Shown: piece by piece, positions 57,424 through 64,000 of the stretch
Layout of the letters: each line of letters begins with the position of its first letter
Position numbering within the stretch: position 1 is the first letter of the stretch
DNA from: an uncultured Clostridium sp.
GTDB lineage: Bacteria; Bacillota; Clostridia; TANB77; CAG-508
Assembly (NCBI GenBank): GCA_945919455.1
Contig: CAMEJH010000001.1
Location: forward strand, 20,184-84,183
Reading direction: 5' to 3'
Length of the DNA stretch: 64,000 nucleotides
Notes under the pieces: model-generated
Told to the model about the DNA's origin: nothing
The model's input: the letters and a program-made list of their open reading frames with translations, nothing else
The model's database searches: none
Translations under genes and position numbers: made by a program

Positions 57424-57495
57424 AAAACTATTGAAATTATCCAGTTTTAGTGATAAAATTGGAATGCATAATAATAATTTATGGAGGTAATAAAT

Positions 57496-58503
57496 ATGGC
57501 TATATTAGTTACAGGTGGAGCTGGATATATAGGAAGTCACACTGTTGTTGAATTATTAAATTCAGGAAAAGAAGTAGTAATATTAGATAATTTTTCAAAT
57601 AGTAAACAAAAGGTATTAGATAAAATAAAAGAAATAACCAATAAAGATTTTAAGTTTTATGAGATAGATTATTTAGATAGAAAATCATTAGAAAAGATAT
57701 TTGAAGAAAATAAAATTGAATCTGTTATAAATTTTGCAGGATATAAAGCTGTAGGAGAATCAGTAAAAAAACCATTAGAATATTATGAAAATAATGTTTC
57801 TGGAGCTATAATATTGCTAGAAACAATGAAAAAATATAATGTAAAGAAGTTTATATTTAGTTCATCAGCAACAGTATATGGAGAACCAGAAAGAATACCT
57901 ATAACAGAGAATTGTAAAACAGGTGGAACCACAAACCCATATGGAACAACTAAATTATTTATAGAACAAATATTACAAGATTTATACAAATCAGATAATA
58001 GTTGGGATATAGCAATTTTAAGATATTTTAATCCTGTAGGAGCACATGAAAGCGGACTTATAGGTGAAGAACCACAAGGAATTCCAAATAACTTAATGCC
58101 ATACATAGTAAGAGTTGCATCAGGAGAGTTAGAACAATTATCTGTATTTGGAAATGATTATGAAACTCCTGATGGGACAGGCGTAAGAGATTATATACAT
58201 GTAGTAGATTTAGCAAAAGGTCATATAAAAGCATTAGAAAAACTAGAAAAAGAAGAGAGTGGAATATATACATATAATCTAGGAACAGGAGTTGGGTATA
58301 GTGTACTAGATATGGTAAAAGCATTTGAAGAGGCTACTGGAAAAAAGGTTAAATATAAAATAGTAGAGCGCCGAACAGGAGATATAGCTATATGTTATTC
58401 AAATCCAGAAAAAGCTAAAAAAGAATTGGGATGGGAAGCTACTAAAACATTGCAAGATATGTGCAAAGATTCTTGGAGATACATACAAAAAAATGAAACA
58501 TAA
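57496..58503 (+). CDS. galE: UDP-glucose 4-epimerase
   Basis: ATG 57496 follows [18 protein letters not shown] Rossmann motif, catalytic YGTTK (YxxxK), and ..[24 protein letters not shown]. Confidence 0.92.
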   Translation: MAILVTGGAGYIGSHTVVELLNSGKEVVILDNFSNSKQKVLDKIKEITNKDFKFYEIDYLDRKSLEKIFEENKIESVINFAGYKAVGESVKKPLEYYENNVSGAIILLETMKKYNVKKFIFSSSATVYGEPERIPITENCKTGGTTNPYGTTKLFIEQILQDLYKSDNSWDIAILRYFNPVGAHESGLIGEEPQGIPNNLMPYIVRVASGELEQLSVFGNDYETPDGTGVRDYIHVVDLAKGHIKALEKLEKEESGIYTYNLGTGVGYSVLDMVKAFEEATGKKVKYKIVERRTGDIAICYSNPEKAKKELGWEATKTLQDMCKDSWRYIQKNET

Positions 58504-58528
58504 AATATAAAACAAAAAGGAGCAATAA

Positions 58529-60019
58529 TTGAGAAAAAAGATAATATGTATTATTATAGTAATATGTCTTTTATTAGCATTTGGTGCTACTGCTACAATT
58601 GATTGGCTATATGAGACATTTGGTCACTTATCAATGGACGAAATAATATTTCATATAAAAGTACCTATAGAAGGATCTAATACAGATATAATATTTATAT
58701 TTGCCAAAGAATGTTTATGGAAAGTATTATTACCAACTATAATAATATCATTTGTACTAATTTATCCAATGGTAAAAGATCTAAAAATTATAAATGATAA
58801 AATACATACTTCAGAAAGAAAAAGAACAATAGCGGTTAGTTTATGCTTAGCAATGGCTATTTTAATAGTAAGTATTGTAAAGATTATAAAAACAACAGAC
58901 ATAAAAGATTATATAGAAGATCAAATGGATCATTCAAATTTTATTGCAAATGAATATGTAAATCCACAAAATACTGCAATACAGTTTTCTGATAATAAAA
59001 GAAATCTTATATATATTTTTTTAGAATCAATGGAAACAACATATTATTCTGTCGAAGAAGGTGGACTATCTAAAGATAATTTAATACCAGAAATAGCACA
59101 ACTTGCTAAAGAAAATATTGACTTTTCATATACAGAACAATTGGGAGGAGCAAATGTTTTAACTGGTACTAGTTGGACTGTTGGTGCAATGTCTGCACAA
59201 ACAGCAGGAGTACCACTAAAATTAAAAATAGATAATAATGCATTAGGAGAATATAGTACTTTTTTAGGAGGAGCATATAGTATAGGACAAATTCTACAAA
59301 ATAATGGATATCATAATTTTTTATTATTAGGTTCTGATGCAACATTTGGTGGAAGAAAAAAATTGTTTGAACAACATGGAAATTATGAAATATGGGATTT
59401 TGAATCTGCTATGCAAGAAAGAAGAGTTTCAGAGAAAATTTGGTGGGGATATTCTGATAATTTACTATTTGAATTTGCAAAAGAAAAAATATTAAAATTA
59501 GCTAATCAAGATGAACCATTTAATTTTACAATGTTAACTGCAGATACGCATTTTCCAGATGGATACCAATGTAGTGATTGTGAAAATAAATGGGATGAAC
59601 AATATAAAAATGTGATATCATGTTCAAGTAAACAAGTAGGAGAATTTGTTAATTGGATTAAAAAACAAGACTTTTATGATAATACAACAATAGTTATAGC
59701 AGGAGATCATTTAACAATGCAATCAAATTTTTTTGAGTTAGAAGAAGGACAAGATTATCAAAAAAAAGTAGTAAGTATTGTAATAAATCCAGCAGTAGAA
59801 GTAACTAATACAAAAAATAGAGAGTATTCAACATTTGATTTATACCCTACAACCTTAGCAGCTTTAGGAGCAGAAATAGAAGGAAATAAACTTGGTTTAG
59901 GTACTAATTTGTTTTCTGAAGAAGAAACTTTAATAGAAAAATATGGGATAGAATATGTTAATAATGAACTTAAGAAAAATTCAAGATTTTATGATAATAA
60001 TATATTGATCTCAAAATAG
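58529..60019 (+). CDS. Sulfatase-superfamily membrane enzyme (LtaS/phosphoglycerol-transferase-like)
   Basis: TTG start 6 nt after AAGGAG. N-terminal hydrophobic helices, then an extracellular alkaline-phosphatase-fold region (IFLESMETTY.., TADTHFPDGY, IAGDHL). Shorter than classical LtaS. Confidence 0.6.
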   Translation: MRKKIICIIIVICLLLAFGATATIDWLYETFGHLSMDEIIFHIKVPIEGSNTDIIFIFAKECLWKVLLPTIIISFVLIYPMVKDLKIINDKIHTSERKRTIAVSLCLAMAILIVSIVKIIKTTDIKDYIEDQMDHSNFIANEYVNPQNTAIQFSDNKRNLIYIFLESMETTYYSVEEGGLSKDNLIPEIAQLAKENIDFSYTEQLGGANVLTGTSWTVGAMSAQTAGVPLKLKIDNNALGEYSTFLGGAYSIGQILQNNGYHNFLLLGSDATFGGRKKLFEQHGNYEIWDFESAMQERRVSEKIWWGYSDNLLFEFAKEKILKLANQDEPFNFTMLTADTHFPDGYQCSDCENKWDEQYKNVISCSSKQVGEFVNWIKKQDFYDNTTIVIAGDHLTMQSNFFELEEGQDYQKKVVSIVINPAVEVTNTKNREYSTFDLYPTTLAALGAEIEGNKLGLGTNLFSEEETLIEKYGIEYVNNELKKNSRFYDNNILISK

Positions 60020-60024
60020 TTGTA

Positions 60025-60123
60025 TTTTCAATTCTAAATATATAACTATTTCATGTCAAAAACATATCTGGGGTCTTCCTATGTGTCTTTGACATTCAAT
60101 AGTGATATATTTAGAATTGAAAA
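60025..60123 (+). repeat. Structured palindromic element, copy D
   Basis: The outer arms ttttcaattctaaatatataactatt / aatagtgatatatttagaattgaaaa pair at 25 of 26 bp. The core is tgtcaaaaacatatctggggtcttcctatgtgtctttgaca. Starts 5 nt after the stop of the LtaS-like gene. Confidence 0.9.
60089..60117 (+). promoter_or_regulatory. Promoter-like sequence embedded in the right half of element copy D
   Basis: TTGACA (60089-60094, the right arm of the inner stem), 17 nt spacer, TAGAAT (60112-60117). It lies 35 nt upstream of ATG 60153. Confidence 0.35.
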
Positions 60124-60152
60124 ACAAATAAATAGAGAGAAAGGAGTAATAT

Positions 60153-61091
60153 ATGGATAAAATTTCAGTAATTGTTTCATGTTATAATGAAGAAAAAGCA
60201 TTACCTCTATTTTATGAAGAAATGGAAAGAGTAAGAAAACAAGATTTTGAAAATATAGCAGAATTTGAATATATATTTGTTAATGATGGATCCAAAGACA
60301 ATACATTAAATGAAATAAAAGAATTGCGTCAAAATGATAGTAAGGTAAGGTATATATCATTTTCAAGAAATTTTGGGAAAGAAGCTGCAATGTTAGCTGG
60401 ATTAGAAGCATCAACAGGAAATTTAGTTACACTAATGGATGCTGATTTGCAAGATCCACCAGCATTATTAAAGCAAATGTATGATGCAATAAAAAATGAA
60501 GGATATGATACTGTAGGAACTAGAAGAGTAACAAGAAAGGGAGAACCTCCAATAAGAAGTTTTTTTGCAAGAATGTTTTATAAAATTATTAATAAAATGT
60601 CAAGCATAGAAATGGTAGATGGTGCAAGAGACTATAGATTAATGAAAAGAAAGGTTGTAGATGCTATAATTTCATTAAAAGAGTATAATAGATATTCTAA
60701 AGGGCTATTTAGTTTTGTTGGTTTTGACACAAAGTGGATAGAATATGAAAATGTAGAAAGAGTGGCAGGAGAGACCAAGTGGTCATTCTGGAAGTTATTT
60801 AAATATGCATTAGAAGGAATAACAGCATTTTCAACAACCCCATTAATACTATCATCATTAATAGGTTTAATATTTTGTATAGTTGCATTTGTAGCTATAA
60901 TATTCATTATTGTTAAAACATTAATTTTTGGAGATCCAACATCTGGTTGGCCATCATTAGCTTGTATTATAGTATTTGTAAGTGGAATTCAATTGTTTAC
61001 AATTGGAATAATAGGACAATACTTATCAAAAACATATTTAGAAGTAAAGAAAAGACCTATTTATATAGTTAAGGAAACAGAAAAAGAGTAG
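60153..61091 (+). CDS. GT2 undecaprenyl-phosphate glycosyltransferase (GtrB/CsbB-like) with two C-terminal TM helices
   Basis: ISVIVSCYNEEKALPLFYEEM..FVNDGSKDNT..FSRNFGKEAAMLAGLEASTGNLVTLMDADLQDPP, plus C-terminal helices. Confidence 0.85.
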   Translation: MDKISVIVSCYNEEKALPLFYEEMERVRKQDFENIAEFEYIFVNDGSKDNTLNEIKELRQNDSKVRYISFSRNFGKEAAMLAGLEASTGNLVTLMDADLQDPPALLKQMYDAIKNEGYDTVGTRRVTRKGEPPIRSFFARMFYKIINKMSSIEMVDGARDYRLMKRKVVDAIISLKEYNRYSKGLFSFVGFDTKWIEYENVERVAGETKWSFWKLFKYALEGITAFSTTPLILSSLIGLIFCIVAFVAIIFIIVKTLIFGDPTSGWPSLACIIVFVSGIQLFTIGIIGQYLSKTYLEVKKRPIYIVKETEKE

Positions 61092-61104
61092 TTATATAAT
61101 GATA

Positions 61105-61203
61105 CATAAAAGTTAATATATAACTATTTCATGGTCAAAACATAGCTGGGGGCTTCCTATAGGTCTTGACCTTATTAAAATAGTTATATATTAACTTTTT
61201 ATG
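61105..61203 (+). repeat. Structured palindromic element, copy E
   Basis: The outer arms cataaaagttaatatataactatt / aatagttatatattaactttttatg are complementary with one bulged base. The core is ggtcaaaacatagctgggggcttcctataggtcttgacc. Starts 13 nt after the GtrB-like stop. Confidence 0.9.
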
Positions 61204-61240
61204 ATTATTAATAATAAAAAATTACAAGAAAGGAATAAAA

Positions 61241-61618
61241 ATGAAAGTAAGGAGAAAAGATATAATGAAGATTATAATGATAGTTATATATTTAATATTT
61301 ACAGTTTCAGGATTAATACTAATGAAAAAGGGGGGAAATGCCGGAAAAATAACAACTGGGTCAGGAGAATTAGGATTTAGTATTAGTTGGATAAGTGCTT
61401 TAGGATTTGTATGCTATATAATAAGCTTTTTGTTATTTACAAGAATAATAATGATGTTTGAAAATGTAAGCTATATTTCACCAATATGTAATGGTATAGC
61501 ACAAGCGTGTATTGTTATTGCATCAATTATATTTTTAAAAGAAGAATATTCAATAAATACTTTAGGAGGAGCTGCACTAATAATTGCGGGTGTAATAATA
61601 ATGAATTTAAAAAGGTAA
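61241..61618 (+). CDS. Small 4-TM membrane protein (half-EamA/SMR-like; possible lipid-linked sugar flippase)
   Basis: Four hydrophobic segments, the last being LGGAALIIAGVIIMNLK as in DMT/EamA proteins. An alternative ATG at 61268 lies downstream of AAGGAG. Confidence 0.45.
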   Translation: MKVRRKDIMKIIMIVIYLIFTVSGLILMKKGGNAGKITTGSGELGFSISWISALGFVCYIISFLLFTRIIMMFENVSYISPICNGIAQACIVIASIIFLKEEYSINTLGGAALIIAGVIIMNLKR

Positions 61619-61630
61619 GGAGTAGGTATA

Positions 61631-62638
61631 ATGTTTAAATTTGGGTTAGGTCAAGACATAGGAATAGACTTGGGAACAGCAACTGTAATTGCATATGTAA
61701 AAGGGAAAGGCATAGTTTTAAGAGAACCATCTGTTGTTGCTGTAGATAGTAATACAAAAGAAGTACTAGCAGTAGGACAAGAAGCGAGAAGAATGCTTGG
61801 AAGAACACCTGGAAATATAGTAGCAACTAGACCTTTAAGAGAAGGTGTAATTTCAGACTATACAGTTACAGAAAAGATGTTAAAGTATTTTATAAACAAA
61901 ATAAATGGAAGAACATTATTTGCGCCAAGAACAATGATATGTATACCTTCAAGAGTAACAGAAGTAGAAAAAAAAGCTGTAATAGATGCTGCTACTCAAG
62001 CAGGATCTAGAAAAGTATTTTTAATAGAAGAACCAATAGCTGCAGCAATAGGAGCAGGAATAGATATTGCAAAACCATGTGGAAATATGGTTGTAGATAT
62101 TGGTGGAGGAACTACAGATATAGCAGTAATTTCATTAGGTGGTTCAGTAGAAAGTACTTCTTTAAAAGTAGCAGGAGATAAATTTGATGAATATATAGTA
62201 AAATACATTAAGAAAAAGCATAATATTATGATAGGTGAAAGAACAGCAGAAGACCTAAAAATAAACATAGGATGTGTATATCCAAAAATACAAGATGCAG
62301 AGATGGAGATAAGAGGAAGAGATTTAATAACTGGACTTCCAAGAACAATAACAGTATATTCAAGTGAAATGCTTGAAGCTTTGATAGAACCAGCTATGAT
62401 GATTGTTGATAGTGTACATTCAGTATTAGAAAAAACACCACCAGAACTTGCAGCAGATATAAGTGATAAAGGAATATATATGACTGGTGGAGGATGCTTA
62501 GTAGATGGGTTAGACAAATTGCTTCAAGAAAAAACAGGAATAAATGTAATGATAGCAAATGATGCTGTTTCATGTGTTGCACTTGGAACTGGAAAGGCAC
62601 TTGATAATTTAGATGCTTTGGATAGGGCTGGAAGATAA
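61631..62638 (+). CDS. mreB: Rod-shape-determining actin homolog MreB/Mbl
   Basis: IGIDLGTATVIAYVKGKGIVLREPSVVAV, EEPIAAAIGAG and VVDIGGGTTDIAVISLGG motifs. Confidence 0.93.
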   Translation: MFKFGLGQDIGIDLGTATVIAYVKGKGIVLREPSVVAVDSNTKEVLAVGQEARRMLGRTPGNIVATRPLREGVISDYTVTEKMLKYFINKINGRTLFAPRTMICIPSRVTEVEKKAVIDAATQAGSRKVFLIEEPIAAAIGAGIDIAKPCGNMVVDIGGGTTDIAVISLGGSVESTSLKVAGDKFDEYIVKYIKKKHNIMIGERTAEDLKINIGCVYPKIQDAEMEIRGRDLITGLPRTITVYSSEMLEALIEPAMMIVDSVHSVLEKTPPELAADISDKGIYMTGGGCLVDGLDKLLQEKTGINVMIANDAVSCVALGTGKALDNLDALDRAGR

Positions 62639-62650
62639 AAAATGTTATAA

Positions 62651-62690
62651 AAATAGCACATATAACTTAATTAGTTACTATGTGCTATTT
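62651..62690. terminator. Bidirectional terminator hairpin between mreB and the convergent adhesin gene
   Basis: aaatagcacata (62651-62662) pairs with tatgtgctattt (62679-62690) in a perfect 12-bp stem. T-rich after it on the + strand and A-rich before it. Confidence 0.65.
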
Positions 62691-62702
62691 GTTTTGTATC
62701 AG

Positions 62703-64000
62703 TTATTTGATTTTTCTAGCTTTATATCCAAAGAATATTGCTAAAACTATAAATATAACAAACATTATTGGAAGTAATGGAGAACCTGTTTTTGGCAAAG
62801 GCTCAGGTGCAATAGTATTATCTACTGGTGGTTTTGGTTCAGGTTCTGCTGTAAGTTTTATTTTTGGTGTAACATCAGAAGTCTTTGTTTGTGTTGTTCC
62901 ATCAAAGTCTTTATAGTTAATATCAACTTTTTCGTTTGTATCAAGAACTTTTCCTATAATGGTTTCATCAAATTTTTCTTTTAAAGTTAGATTATATTGT
63001 ATTGTAGCTGTTTTTCCAGGTGCTAATTCAGAAAGTGTCCAAGTAATACTGTTAGTGTCAGGATCTATATTTGCTGAAACATTGCTAACATCAATTCCAT
63101 CAACATAAGTTATTTCAAAATTATCAACTATATATTGTGGAAAATAATCTACAACAGTTATGTCTTTTAAAGAATGAGCAATTGGCAATAAGTCACGATA
63201 GATATTATTTGTAATTGTTTGCTCAATTTCATCATCACTAATTTTATAGAATTTACCAACTGTAGGGTTTGCTTCTGTTCCAAAAACTTCTTGTATAACT
63301 TGACCATATGTATATGTATTTGTTCCATCTGTTCTAAATGTTGCTTCTTCATTATCAATACCAGTTAACATTGTAATAACATTTATTCCATTTAAAGAGT
63401 TTAATGTTGATTTTGTTTCAGTAATTACATTAGTTAATCCTTCATAAGAAACTAAATCATTATATCCAATTGCTATATTTGGTAAACCATCTGTTAAAAC
63501 AATCATATATTTGTTGTTATCATCAGATGTGAAACAAGATTTTGCAAGTTTTAAACCTGAATCTAAGTTTGTATATTGTCCAGTTCCTTCAATTGCAGAT
63601 ATTCTACTTTGTAAAGTGGTTAAATCATTAGAAAAGTCACAAACTTTTTGAGCGTCATTTGCTGTTCCTGGATTTACAAATCCTGTATCGGGATCTATTT
63701 CGCTATTTGTTGAAAAAGTAACAACTCCTATTTTTAAACTTGTACTATTAGCTTGTAGTAGACTTTCTACTAATTTATTAGCTGAATCTAAAACTAAATC
63801 TTTTCTTGTAGTAGTTCCTGAAACAACTGTATCCATACTATTTGAACTATCTATTACTAACATAAGTTCACCACTTGGAATTATAACTTCTGAATTATTA
63901 GAAATTTTTAATTGTAATGTGACTTGATGATTAGTTAAATCTGAATCTACAATTTTCTTCTCAAAAGAAGATGAATCATTTAATTTTATTGTACAAATAT
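62703..64000 (-). CDS. LPXTG-anchored surface protein with vWA domain (partial; 5' end beyond the window)
   Basis: The frame stays open from the listed Met (63863) to the window edge (..ICTIKLNDSSSFEKKIVDSDLTNHQVTLQLKISNNSEVIIPSGEL-MLVIDSSNSMD). MIDAS motif DSSNSM. C-terminal LPKTG, a hydrophobic helix and a KARKIK sorting signal. Confidence 0.8.
   Translation of the reverse strand, partial: ICTIKLNDSSSFEKKIVDSDLTNHQVTLQLKISNNSEVIIPSGELMLVIDSSNSMDTVVSGTTTRKDLVLDSANKLVESLLQANSTSLKIGVVTFSTNSEIDPDTGFVNPGTANDAQKVCDFSNDLTTLQSRISAIEGTGQYTNLDSGLKLAKSCFTSDDNNKYMIVLTDGLPNIAIGYNDLVSYEGLTNVITETKSTLNSLNGINVITMLTGIDNEEATFRTDGTNTYTYGQVIQEVFGTEANPTVGKFYKISDDEIEQTITNNIYRDLLPIAHSLKDITVVDYFPQYIVDNFEITYVDGIDVSNVSANIDPDTNSITWTLSELAPGKTATIQYNLTLKEKFDETIIGKVLDTNEKVDINYKDFDGTTQTKTSDVTPKIKLTAEPEPKPPVDNTIAPEPLPKTGSPLLPIMFVIFIVLAIFFGYKARKIK

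Noticed and set aside
24598-61203. Whether the repeated ~95-nt elements could be a CRISPR array or rRNA/tRNA fragments
   Set aside because: The copies are kilobases apart rather than regularly spaced with short spacers. They are strongly palindromic with long arms, there are no cas genes, and there is no cloverleaf.
61996-62517. 173-aa minus-strand ORF inside mreB
   Set aside because: It is antisense to an unambiguous MreB coding sequence, with no RBS.

Overview
Very AT-rich chromosomal segment from a low-GC Gram-positive bacterium (Bacillota). Supporting signs are era-yqzL-recO synteny, an LPXTG sorting signal, AGGAGG-type RBSs and TTGACA-17-TATAAT promoters. The first ~7 kb holds mixed genes: the pdp 3' end, cdaA, truA, a Cys/Asp/Asn-rich membrane protein, an L,D-transpeptidase, tRNA-Met, an orphan HExxH protein and a CaCA antiporter. 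From ~7.3 kb to ~61.6 kb every convincing gene is on the + strand, and almost all belong to a giant cell-envelope glycan super-locus. It contains about twenty glycosyltransferase genes (GT2, GT4, GT8; one frameshifted) and a radical-SAM / GT-A / ABC-exporter / GT-A module. It also has a prepilin-like lectin-fold protein next to a Wzy_C (O-antigen-ligase family) protein. A Wzm/Wzt ABC transporter is flanked by coiled-coil NTase-like and methyltransferase proteins that may be chain terminators. Further genes are GtrB-like/polytopic (DUF2142-like) decoration modules, an O-acyltransferase, Wzx, glf, galE, an LtaS-like enzyme, and two secreted peptidoglycan hydrolases sharing a 77-aa tandem module. 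era-yqzL-recO and an orphan ~770-aa coiled-coil protein sit in the middle of the locus. mreB and a partial LPXTG/vWA adhesin close the window. The most striking non-genic signal is five same-orientation copies of a ~95-nt structured palindromic element placed directly after stop codons, with compensatory base-pair changes. I saw no CRISPR array, rRNA, transposase, integrase or phage genes. All functional calls rest on motif recognition by eye; no database search was run.
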